Assembly (NCBI GenBank): GCA_963770895.1
Contig: CAVYRF010000002.1
Span: 3,584,001-3,648,000 of the forward strand
Source: an uncultured Acidobacteriota bacterium
Lineage (GTDB): Bacteria > Acidobacteriota > Thermoanaerobaculia > Multivoradales > UBA5704
Length of the DNA: 64,000 nucleotides
Direction: 5' to 3'
Below the pieces are notes generated by a model, which saw only the letters and a program-made list of their open reading frames with translations, was not told the origin of the DNA and did not search any database. Numbering within the stretch: the first letter of the stretch is position 1; every line of letters begins with the position of its first letter. Shown here piece after piece: positions 36,651-45,600 of this stretch. The position numbers and the translations under genes are program-made.

Positions 36651-39223
36651 CGCGGGGTCTCCTTCTGGACGGCGGGGGTGGCGGGTGCGAAGCCGGCGGC
36701 GAGCCGGTCGTAGAGCGGCAGGTGCGCGGCCAGGCCGCGGCTTTCCAGCCAGGCGCGCGGCCAGCCGGCGCCGTGGCTTTCGATCAGCTGGCGCGCCTGG
36801 GCGATCGCCTCGGGCAGGGTCATGCCCTCGGGGGTGCCGACGAAGGCGAGCGCCGCCGGGCCCAGGCCCAGCTCGAACAGGCGCGAGCCGCGCGGGCTCT
36901 TGAAGTAGTAATCGCGCTTGCGGCGGGCGTGGGCGATGAGGTGGATCTCGGCGTCGTTGAGGCCCAGGTCCAGGTAAAGGGCGCGGTGGCCGGGCGCGGC
37001 GGCCTCGGGGTTGGCCAGCAGGATGCGGGTGGGGCAGCTCTCCAGCAGCACGTGCCGCGACGGGCTGTCCCACAGCTGCGACAGGCTCTGCGTCGCCAGC
37101 ACCACGGCGGCGTTCTGCTTGCGCAGGGTGAGCAGCCACTGCTTGATGCGCGCCGCGAAGGCGCTTTTCATCAGCGGCAGCCAGGCTTCCTCGATCACCA
37201 GCAGCGACGGCCGCCCCTGCTCCAGGCGCTGTTCGACGCGATGGAAGAGATAGAGCAGGACCGGCAGCAGCACGCGGTCGTCCATGTCCACCAGGCGCTT
37301 GAGCTCGAAGACCTGGTAGGGGCCGCCGTCTTCCAGGTCGTCTCTCCCGGCGTCGAGCAGGTGGGCCAGGTTGCCTTCGGCATAGGGGGCCAGAGCGGCC
37401 GCCAGCTCGCGCTCCTGCAGCTGCGGCACCAGCTCGGACAGGCGCCGGTGCTGCCGCGGCTCGGTCGACAGCAGCGCCAGCGCCGCGGCCAGGGCCTGGC
37501 GCGCCGGCGGCGTCACCGCGACGCCGTTGACCGCCAGCACACCCTCCAGCCACTCCAGCGCCCACAGCCGTTCGCCGCGGCGGTCGATGGCGGCGAGCGG
37601 TTGCAGCGCCACCGGCTCGTTGACCAGGTCGTAGTGCCGGGCGCCGGCGGCGCGCGCCAGCAGCCACCCCGAGTAGCCGACGTCGAAGCTGAACGCCTGC
37701 GCCCGCGGGTAGCGCAGGAACTGCGCCAGCAGCAGGTTGAGCAGCGTGCTCTTGCCGGCGCCGGTGCCGCCGACGACCAGGGTGTGGCCGACGTCGTCGT
37801 CGTGCAGGTTGAGCCAGAACGGGGTGGCGCCGGTGGTCGCCGCCCACAGCAGCGCCGGGCTGCGGCGCGGGAACAGCGGCGACGGGTTGTGCGGCAGGCC
37901 GGGCCAGACGCTGGTGACCGGCAGCAGGTCGGCCAGGTTGCGGCTCGACACCAGCGGCCGCCGCAGGTTGGCCCAGCCGTGGCCGGGGAGGCTGCCGCGC
38001 AGCGCCTCCAGGGCGTTGACGTCTTCGACGCGGGCGGTGAAGCCGCGGTCGTTGAGCGCCTTGACCACTTCGGCGGCGTTCTGGTCGGCGCGCGCCGCGT
38101 CGCGCTCGGCGACCAGCACCACCGGCGTGTACAGGCAGAAGCGGACGCGGCCGGAGGCGTTGTCCGCCGCCGCCAGCGCCGCGTCGCGCGCCATGGCGCC
38201 GGCGTCCTGATCCAGGAACAGCTCGTCGTCGCGCTCGCGTGCGGCGCTGGGCGCGGCGCCGTCGCCCACCGTCAGCTCGCGCAGCCAGGAGGCGGCGCCG
38301 CGGCGCTTTTTGAACCAGCCCAGGCGGACGCGGGCGATGTGGCGCGCCGCGACGGCCTGCGACAGCGGGATGATGCGGTGGGAGGCGCGGAAGGCGAAGC
38401 CCAGGCCGCCCAGGAAGTCCAGGATGCCGGAGAACGATTCGTGTGGGAAACCGTGGATGGCGACGATGCGCACCGCCAGGTCGCCCACCCGCGGCATCCA
38501 GCCGCCGGCGACCGGCTGGTCGGCGAGCAGCCCGTCCAGCCAGGCGCCGTGGGCCGGCGCCTTGACCGGGTGGTCGAGGCCGGTCAGGCAGGCGTGCAGG
38601 TGGGTGAGCAACTCGTCCGAGCCCAGGCGCACCACCTTGAGATGGGTGGACAGGCGCCGTTCGAGCTGCGCCGCCTCCGACTGGAAGGTGTCGTGCAGCT
38701 CGCTCCAGGCCCGCAGGCCGCCGCCCTGGCGGCCGCGCACGAAGAGGGCCGCCAGGCGCGAATACAGCTCGCGCGGCGGCAGGTAGGTGGCGGCCAGCAC
38801 GCTGTCGCTGACGAAGTGGCCTCCCGCCGTCTCGTAGGCGGCGCGCCGCTCGGCGTCGAGCAGCGCGGTGACCGGGTCGGGGAAGGCCCCCGGCGGCGCA
38901 TAGCCGAGCGCCGGGCGGCGGCGAAAATCGACGTGGAACATCCAGCCGTCGCCGTAGGGGAGCAGGGCGTCGTGCAGCTGGGCCGCCAGCGCCTCGAGCT
39001 CGGCGGCGGTGGCGGCCGCCAGGTCGGGGCCGCGGTAGCTCCAGGCGGTGAGCAGCGAGCCGTTCTTTTGCAGCACGGTGCCCGGCGCCACCAGGTGCAG
39101 CCAGCCGAGCAGGTCGCACAGGCCGCGCGGCTCGCGCCGGTGCTCGCGCAGGCGGTCGAGCAGCTGCGCGGCGGCGCCGCCGGCCACCAGGGTCAGCGCG
39201 GTTGTGATCGGCGTCAGGCTCAT
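36647..39223 (-). CDS. trbE: T4SS ATPase TrbE/VirB4
   Basis: QKNGS....YRGPDL, FPDPVT.L.D.ERR, GSLPGH..AN.RRP, LNLH..DVGHTLVVGGTGAGKS, W..TLRKQNA.V..ATQS, ESCPTRI.L.N. ATG 39223. Confidence 0.96.
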   Translation of the reverse strand: MSLTPITTALTLVAGGAAAQLLDRLREHRREPRGLCDLLGWLHLVAPGTVLQKNGSLLTAWSYRGPDLAAATAAELEALAAQLHDALLPYGDGWMFHVDFRRRPALGYAPPGAFPDPVTALLDAERRAAYETAGGHFVSDSVLAATYLPPRELYSRLAALFVRGRQGGGLRAWSELHDTFQSEAAQLERRLSTHLKVVRLGSDELLTHLHACLTGLDHPVKAPAHGAWLDGLLADQPVAGGWMPRVGDLAVRIVAIHGFPHESFSGILDFLGGLGFAFRASHRIIPLSQAVAARHIARVRLGWFKKRRGAASWLRELTVGDGAAPSAARERDDELFLDQDAGAMARDAALAAADNASGRVRFCLYTPVVLVAERDAARADQNAAEVVKALNDRGFTARVEDVNALEALRGSLPGHGWANLRRPLVSSRNLADLLPVTSVWPGLPHNPSPLFPRRSPALLWAATTGATPFWLNLHDDDVGHTLVVGGTGAGKSTLLNLLLAQFLRYPRAQAFSFDVGYSGWLLARAAGARHYDLVNEPVALQPLAAIDRRGERLWALEWLEGVLAVNGVAVTPPARQALAAALALLSTEPRQHRRLSELVPQLQERELAAALAPYAEGNLAHLLDAGRDDLEDGGPYQVFELKRLVDMDDRVLLPVLLYLFHRVEQRLEQGRPSLLVIEEAWLPLMKSAFAARIKQWLLTLRKQNAAVVLATQSLSQLWDSPSRHVLLESCPTRILLANPEAAAPGHRALYLDLGLNDAEIHLIAHARRKRDYYFKSPRGSRLFELGLGPAALAFVGTPEGMTLPEAIAQARQLIESHGAGWPRAWLESRGLAAHLPLYDRLAAGFAPATPAVQKETPR

Positions 39224-39555
39224 GGCGTCGTCGGCAGCGCCGGGTCGGGAGGCGCGGGCGGCGCGTGGAGCGGCGCGCCGGCGGCGTAGAAGTCGGCGCC
39301 GCGCAGGCTGCGCACGTAGAGGTCGGCGACGCGCGGGTCCTTGGCGCACAGGAAGACGGCCAGGGGGTGGAAGACCAGGGCGTAGAACAGGGCGAGCGCC
39401 AGGGTGAGCAGGTGCGGCCCGGCTTCGAACAGCAGCAGGAACACCGCCGCCGCCTCGAACAGCAGGAACTGCGGCGCGACGCCGGCGTAGAGCACCGGCC
39501 GCCACAGCGAGGCGTGCAGGCGCGTCTTGGCCGGGGTGGTGGGCGTCGAGGTCAT
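39220..39555 (-). CDS. trbD: T4SS protein TrbD/VirB3
   Basis: LHASL.RPVL.AGV, two TMs, H......AK.DP....Y.R....Y.A. Confidence 0.88.
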   Translation of the reverse strand: MTSTPTTPAKTRLHASLWRPVLYAGVAPQFLLFEAAAVFLLLFEAGPHLLTLALALFYALVFHPLAVFLCAKDPRVADLYVRSLRGADFYAAGAPLHAPPAPPDPALPTTP

Positions 39556-39577
39556 CGCGCTGGTCTCCGCCGTCTGG

Positions 39578-39940
39578 CTACAGCAGCGCGCCCTGGAAGC
39601 CGAGCGCATCCACCAGGTTGACCGCGCCGAGCACGATGGCGACGCCGAACAGCGCCTGGCCGAAGCGCTTGGCGCCCTGCTCGTGGCTGGTGAACGCCCA
39701 CATGGCGCCGCCCAGCACGAACGCCAGCGCGGCAATGGTCTTGGCGGTGGGACCGGTCAGGTTGTCCACCACCACCTGCAGCGGGTGGTTCCAGGGCAGG
39801 TCGGCGCCGCCGGTGCCGGCGACCGCCGGGCGGGTGGCGACCGCCGCCGCGGTGAGGGCGGCGGCCAGCCAGGCGCCGACGCGGCGGGTGACGGCGGTGG
39901 TGGCGGTGGCGGGTCTGGCAGGACGGAGCGGTGGGCGCAT
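39578..39940 (-). CDS. trbC: T4SS pilin TrbC/VirB2
   Basis: Signal peptide, LPWNHPL......LTGP.A, two hydrophobic helices, C-terminal GALL. Confidence 0.92.
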   Translation of the reverse strand: MRPPLRPARPATATTAVTRRVGAWLAAALTAAAVATRPAVAGTGGADLPWNHPLQVVVDNLTGPTAKTIAALAFVLGGAMWAFTSHEQGAKRFGQALFGVAIVLGAVNLVDALGFQGALL

Positions 39941-40013
39941 GACGGGGTTTCCTCCGGGGTGGGGTCCAAGGCGGCCGTGGCAGCTGGGCGGTGGTTGGGG
40001 AGCGGTGGCGGGC

Positions 40014-40997
40014 TCACTCCGCGGGCAGCGAGCGCAGGCGGTAGGCGGCGCCGTCGTAGCCGCCGACCGCGGCCACCTCGGTGACGCGGCGCCCCTGGCT
40101 GCCGCCGGCGATCATCACCACCATCTGGACGGCGGCGCCGACCAGGTGCGGCTGCGGGCCGACGCGGTTGCGCTGTGCCAGGCGGTCCAGGCGGTCGAGC
40201 GCCGCCAGCGGGTCGTCGGCATGGAGGGTGGCGCAGCCGCCGGGGTGTCCGGTCTGCCAGGCGTCGCACAGGTCGAGCGCGGCTTCGTCGCGCACCTCGC
40301 CGACCACGATGCGGTCGGGCGAGGTGCGCAGCGCCGCCTTCACCAGGTCCTTGAGCTTGAGCGCTTCGGTGGTGCGCAGCGCCAGGCAGTCGGCGGCCGA
40401 ACAGCGCAGCTCCACCGTGTCCTCCAGGATGACGATGCGCGCGCGCGGCGCCTGGCGGGTGATCTCCAGCAGGATGGCGTTGCACAGCGTCGTCTTGCCG
40501 CTGCCGGTGCCGCCCGCCACCAGCACGTTGCGGCGCGCCGCCACCGCGTCGACGATCGCCGCGTGGTGGCGCCGGGCGAGCACGCCGGCCGTGACGTAGT
40601 GATCCAGGCTGTACACCACCGCCGGCGGCTTGCGCAGGTTGAAGCTGGGAGCGGCGACGAGCGGCGGCACGAACCCCTGCAGCCGCGCGCCCAGGAAGGT
40701 CGCGGCCGGCAGCTCCGCTTGCAGCTGCGGCCGCGCCGCATTGATCACGGTGCCCAGGCCGCTGGCCACGATGTTGAGGAACCGCTGCACCTGGCTGGCG
40801 GTGAGCGCCGTGCCGCTGTCGCGGCGGCCGCGGGCGCGGCTGTCGAGGAACAGCCGGCCGCCCGGATTGACGTAGATCTCGGTCACGTCGGGGTCGGCCA
40901 TGGCAGCCATCACCGCCGGCCCCACCGCCCGCGCCAGGGCGTCGCAATGGCGGCGTCCGGGGTCCATGCCGCCTGTCTCCGCGTCGTGCTCGGCCAT
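40014..40997 (-). CDS. trbB: T4SS ATPase TrbB/VirB11
   Basis: DP.VTEI..NP.G.L, LRKP, VAGGTGSGKTT, ILEDT.EL, LRTSPDRIVVGEVR, W.TGHPGG.ATLHA. AAGGAGG RBS. Confidence 0.96.
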   Translation of the reverse strand: MAEHDAETGGMDPGRRHCDALARAVGPAVMAAMADPDVTEIYVNPGGRLFLDSRARGRRDSGTALTASQVQRFLNIVASGLGTVINAARPQLQAELPAATFLGARLQGFVPPLVAAPSFNLRKPPAVVYSLDHYVTAGVLARRHHAAIVDAVAARRNVLVAGGTGSGKTTLCNAILLEITRQAPRARIVILEDTVELRCSAADCLALRTTEALKLKDLVKAALRTSPDRIVVGEVRDEAALDLCDAWQTGHPGGCATLHADDPLAALDRLDRLAQRNRVGPQPHLVGAAVQMVVMIAGGSQGRRVTEVAAVGGYDGAAYRLRSLPAE

Positions 40998-41024
40998 CCG
41001 CGTACCTCCTTGATCGCGGAAGCC

Positions 41025-41053
41025 ATCCTAGACACTATTCTACGAATAGTCAA
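41025..41053 (-). promoter_or_regulatory. Sigma70 promoter of the trb operon with an overlapping palindromic operator
   Basis: Minus strand TTGACT-N17-TAGGAT. Inverted repeat ACTATTC-N3-GAATAGT at 41034-41050 covers the spacer and half of the -35 box. Confidence 0.8.
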
Positions 41054-41153
41054 GACTAGTGAGCGAATATATTTGAAGGCAGCCGAAGCCGATGCCGGAA
41101 CCGCGCCCGGACACGGGGGCCGGGGGGAGGGGTCAATCTGGTCCGCGGGAAAT

Positions 41154-41325
41154 GCGGGTCAGCTCAGGGGGGCGGCCGAGCCGTGGGAGGAGCGGATGAG
41201 CTCAGGGGGAGGCCGCCGAGCCGCCGAAGGAGCGGGTCAGCTCAGGGGAGGCCGCCGAGCCGCCGGAGGAGCGGGTCAGCTCAGGGGAGGCCGCCGAGCC
41301 GCGGGAGCAGCGGGTCAGCTCAGGG
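41154..41325. repeat. ~39-bp tandem repeat, about 4.4 copies (VNTR)
   Basis: Consensus GCGGGTCAGCTCAGGGGAGGCCGCCGAGCCGCCGGAGGA. Units start at 41154, 41192, 41232, 41271 and 41310 (partial, includes the sulfatase stop). Confidence 0.92.
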
Positions 41326-42648
41326 CAGATAGCCGAGCGCGCGCAGGCGGGCGCGCTCTTCGTCGCCGACCATCGCGGCGGGGCCGCTGGTGGTGGGCAT
41401 TTCCGCCACCAGGGTGTGCAGGCGCTGGTTGAGCGCCGCCGCCAGGTCGCGGTGCTGGGCCGCCACGTCGCGGTGTTCGCCGGGGTCGGCGGCCAGGTCG
41501 TAGAGGTGCCCGTCGTACAGCTTCCAGGGGGCCAGGCGGATCGACACCCCCGGGTCCGAATCCATGTGGCTGACGGCGAACCGCGGCAGGGCGGCGCGGC
41601 CCTGGGCGAGCGGCTCCAGGTCGCTGCCGCGGAACTGCCGCGGCTGCGGCCAGCCCATGGCGGCGACCAGGGTGGGGGCGATGTCGATCTGCCGCACCTG
41701 CGAGGTGACCGTTTCGCCGGCGTAGCGGCCGTCCGGGAACTTGATCAGCAGCGGCACCCGCAGCAGCTCGTCGTAGAGCGTATGGGAGTGCCAGCCGACC
41801 GAGCCGTGCTCGGCGAACTCTTCGCCGTGGTCGGAGGTGAAGACGATCAGCGCGCCGTCGTAGCGGCCGGTCCGCTTGAGGAAGTCGACCAGGTTGCCGA
41901 ACCCTTCGTCCATCGAGCGGATCTCGCCGTCGTAGGTGGCGACGATGTGCTCCAGGTCGCGCGGCCCGATGTGCAGCCGTCGGGTGCGGATGGCGAGCAG
42001 CGTCGGCATGTCCGTCTGCCCGGCCGGCAGCGGTCCGTGATAGGGCTCCGGCTCCTCCATCGCCAGGTAGCGCGGCGACGGCGTGTACGGATGGTGGACT
42101 TCGTAGGTGTGCAGAAACAGGAAGCGCGGCGCCGCCGGCGGGTGGGAGCCGAGCCAGCGCGTCGCCAGCGCCACGACGTCGGTGAAGTGATAGATGCCGG
42201 CGGGGGGAGACGAGCTGTACAGGTCGAAGCCGTGGTCGATGCCGTAGGCGGCGGCGATCTGGCCGCCGTCGTTCCACGACAGCGTCTGAAAGCCGTGCTG
42301 GCGGAAGATCGAGGCGATGGTCTGGAAGCGCGGCGACAGCGCGTGGTTGATGCGATGCTCGGCGCCGTGCTGCTGCGGCAGCAGCGACGTCATGATCGAA
42401 GCGTGCGACACCAGGGTCGAAGAGCCCGCGGCGATCGCCTGCTGGAACAGCACGGCATCCTGGCGGAAACGATCGATGTGCGGGGTTGTCGGCCGGCTGT
42501 AGCCGTAGCAGCCCAGGTGGTCGGCGCGCAGGGTGTCGATCGACACCAGGATGACGTCGCGCGGCAGGTCGACCGCGCCGGCGGCGCCCACGTCGTGCGC
42601 CCGCACCCGGCCCGGCAGCAGGCCGGCGGCCAGCGCCACCGCCGCCAC
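41320..42648 (-). CDS. Sulfatase-like alkaline-phosphatase-superfamily hydrolase/transferase
   Basis: VILVSIDTLRADHLG.YGY..PTTP.ID, STLVSHASIMTS, FLFLHTYEVH.PY, YDGEI, FTSDHGEEF.EHG, LRVPL, LRALGY. The start may be a CTG at 42693. Confidence 0.9.
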   Translation of the reverse strand: MAAVALAAGLLPGRVRAHDVGAAGAVDLPRDVILVSIDTLRADHLGCYGYSRPTTPHIDRFRQDAVLFQQAIAAGSSTLVSHASIMTSLLPQQHGAEHRINHALSPRFQTIASIFRQHGFQTLSWNDGGQIAAAYGIDHGFDLYSSSPPAGIYHFTDVVALATRWLGSHPPAAPRFLFLHTYEVHHPYTPSPRYLAMEEPEPYHGPLPAGQTDMPTLLAIRTRRLHIGPRDLEHIVATYDGEIRSMDEGFGNLVDFLKRTGRYDGALIVFTSDHGEEFAEHGSVGWHSHTLYDELLRVPLLIKFPDGRYAGETVTSQVRQIDIAPTLVAAMGWPQPRQFRGSDLEPLAQGRAALPRFAVSHMDSDPGVSIRLAPWKLYDGHLYDLAADPGEHRDVAAQHRDLAAALNQRLHTLVAEMPTTSGPAAMVGDEERARLRALGYLP

Positions 42649-42689
42649 GGCCCCCAGCGTCGTCCAGGCGAACGGCTGCCAGCGGGCGC

Positions 42690-45600
42690 TCAGACCTTCT
42701 CCCAGATCAGCACCTGGGCGGGGAGCCCGAGGGCCGCCGTGGCGTCCAGCTGGCCGGCCGGGCGCAGCGCGGGGTGCCGGGGCGGCGCGGGGTGCGGCTG
42801 GCCGCCGTCGGCGACGGCGGTGGTGGCGGTCGAGGGAGCGGCGGTCACCAGCAGGAAGAGGCCGCCGCGCGCCAGTCTGCCGGCGGCGTTTTCGAGCAGG
42901 ATCGGGTGGTCGCCGCCGGGTGTGAGATCGACGTGCAGCCAGGCGTCGCTGGGGAAGCGGCCGGCGCCCGGCAGGCCGCCGCCGCCGTCCGCCAGGCGGG
43001 AGCCCAGGTGGGCCGCCGCCGCCTGGTGCAGCTCGGCGGCGCGCGGGCTGTGCGCCGAAACCTCGACGGCGGCGGTGTTGGCGAGCGCGGGCAGCTGCTG
43101 GTCGAGCACCGCCAGCAGGCGAGTGAGCGCTTCGGGAGTGCAGCCCGCGCCGGCGGCGCCGTTGGCGGGATGGGCGCCATTGGCGCGATGGGCGCCATGG
43201 GCGCCGTTGTCCTGGCGCGGGGCGGCCGCCGCGCGATCGCGCGGCAACCGCTGCTCGACCGCCAGCAGGCTGCGGGAGTGCCCGGCCAGGCCCTGCTCGG
43301 CGGCGTCCTGCCGCACTGCCAGGCCGGCCAGCCGCGCGGTCAGCGTGTTCTGCCGGGTGGTCACGTCGTGCAGCGCCGCCAGCAGGTCCTGGCGCTCGGC
43401 GTTCATGTCGAGCAGCCGCGCCAGCTCCGCCTCCAGCGCGCCCAGGGAGGCGATCCGGGCGTCGAGCGCCGCGCCGGCGGCGTCGCGTGCCGCGTTGGCG
43501 GCGTCGCGTGCCGCGTCGGCGCCGATGCGTGCCGCCGCCTGCGCGTCGATCAGGGCGCGCAGCAGGTCGTGCTCGCGGTCCCAGGCGACCCCCAGGTCGC
43601 GAACGCGGCGGATGGCGCGGCGCAGGAATCGCCAGGCCCGCGCCGGGGCCGGTCCGCTGGCGGGAGCGCTCAGGCTGCTGCGGCGGCGCACCGCGTCCCA
43701 GCGCTCCAGCGCCCCGGCCAGGTCTGATGGCGACGGGGCGGCCGCGGCATCGGCGGGCGCTGCCGGCGCCGTTTGCGTGGTCGGAGCCGTGGGCGTCGCG
43801 TCTGCCGTGGGCGCGGTTGCCGGGGGCGTCGCTGCACCGGCAAGGGCGCCGCGCAGGCGCTCGCCTGCCGCCGCGGCGGCGCGCGCCACGTCCTGCCGCA
43901 GGTCTGCCGCCGGGCGCGCCCAGGAGTTGTCGGTCGCCGGATAGGCGGGCGTCTTGCGCAGCGCCAGGTGCACCGAGCAGAACACCTGGCCCTGGTGCGA
44001 CAGCACCAGGTGCGGCAGCCGGCGCTCGCCGTGGCCGATCTGGCGCGCCGCCTCCAGCAGCTCCCGCGAGGTGGCCAGCGTGGCGGCGGACACCGCCGGC
44101 ACCAGGTCGTCCACCGGTTCGAGGCCGCTTGCCTGGACGATGTGGCGGCGCAGGCCGGCAGCGTCGAACAGCTGCACGTCCTGCCAGCCGGAGGCTCCCG
44201 GCGGGCCGGCGATCAGGAACTCCGTCGACAGCACGGCGACCCCGCCCGGCGCCAGCACGCGGCCGATCTCATAGGCCGCGGCGGCCACGTCGGCAAGGCC
44301 GCCGAAGTGCTCGATGGAGCCGCTGGCGAAGACGCCGGCGAAGGTGTCGTCCGGGAAGTCGAGCACCCGTCCGTCCATGTGCTGCACCGTGAGCTTCCAC
44401 GATTCGAAGGGATAGGGGCACAGCTCCTGCGGGCGCGTCAGCATCAGGGTCGACGCTTCCTGCCATTGGCCGGGACCCAGGTAGAGGTCGGTGGCGATGA
44501 CCCGCGCGACGTGGCGGGTGAGGTAAAAGCAGGTCAGCTCGCTGCCCGCGCCGACGCCCAGCAGCGTCGCATCCGGCCGCAGGGCGCCGTAGCGGCGCAG
44601 GGCGCGGACGCTCATCGCGATCTCCCAATGCTTGCGGTCTTCGGTGCCGGCGGGGAAGTCCGCACCGCGCACCGCCGCTTCGTGGGGGAAGATGTCGCGG
44701 ATCAACGCCGCCAGCTCAGGGTCGCGGAAGTCCTCGATCGCGCAGACCTTGTTGTGGGCCAGGCCGCCACCCTCGCCGGCATCGGCGCCGGCATCGGCAG
44801 CGGGATCGGCGCCGGCGCCGGTGGCGGCCGCCTCCGGTGGCAGCTGGTGGGCCGGCCGCTCGGTCAGCTCTTCGATCACGGCGCGGTAATGGTCCGCCAT
44901 CTGCTGCAAGGTGCCATGCGCAAGATGATACTCGCGTGCGGCGCGTCCCGCCGCGGCCGCGTGGCCGGGATCGGCGGCCAGGCCGGCCAGCCAGCCGGCG
45001 AGGTGGACGGCTTCCTGGTCATCGGGCTTGATACGGTAGCAGAACCGCGCCGGCAGGTGGTCCCAATCGGCCACGTCGGTGACCGCCACCGGCCGGCCCG
45101 CGGCGATGGCGCGCAGGAGCGTCGCCGACATCTGCTTGCGGAAGGGAAAGCGCAGGTTGACCACCGCGTCGCAGGCCAGCAGCAGCCGGTAGAAGTCGCC
45201 CTTCGCCACCTGTTCGAACAGGCGCAGGCGGGAGGCGATGCCCAGGTCGCGCGCCACCTCCTTGAGGCGGATGCGGTAGGCGGGGCGCGAAAAGCGGCCG
45301 ACGACGATCAGCATGGCGCCGGGCACCTGGGGGGCGATGCGCGCCACCGCCTGCAGCGCGGCTTCGATGCGCTTGACCGGATCGGCGATGCCGAAGGTAC
45401 CCACGATGAAGGCGTCCGCCGGCAGGTTGTAGAACCGGCGCAGGGAAGCCGCGTCGCCGGCGGGATGGCTGATGCGCGGGTCTTCCACCCCCATCGGGAA
45501 GCTGAAGACCCGCGCCCGCGGATAGCGCTCTTCGATCTCCTGCGCGGCGCGCGGCAGGTGGACGATCTGGGCCAGGCTGGCGTCGATCAGTGAGCGCAGC

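Noticed and set aside
34030-39505. Apparent long fusions in the ORF track (34030..36357, 35832..39119, 36647..39505; also 54597..57344, 56921..60406, 25290..26573)
   Set aside because: The N-terminal extensions are off-frame read-through of neighbouring genes. True starts are marked by stop-start overlaps or RBSs.
28264-41053. Calling the trb region an ICE or integrated plasmid
   Set aside because: No integrase, relaxase, coupling protein, rep gene, tRNA or flanking direct repeat is visible, and the composition matches the host.
41154-41325. Possible CRISPR array
   Set aside because: Units are contiguous with no unique spacers, and there are no cas genes; it is a tandem repeat.
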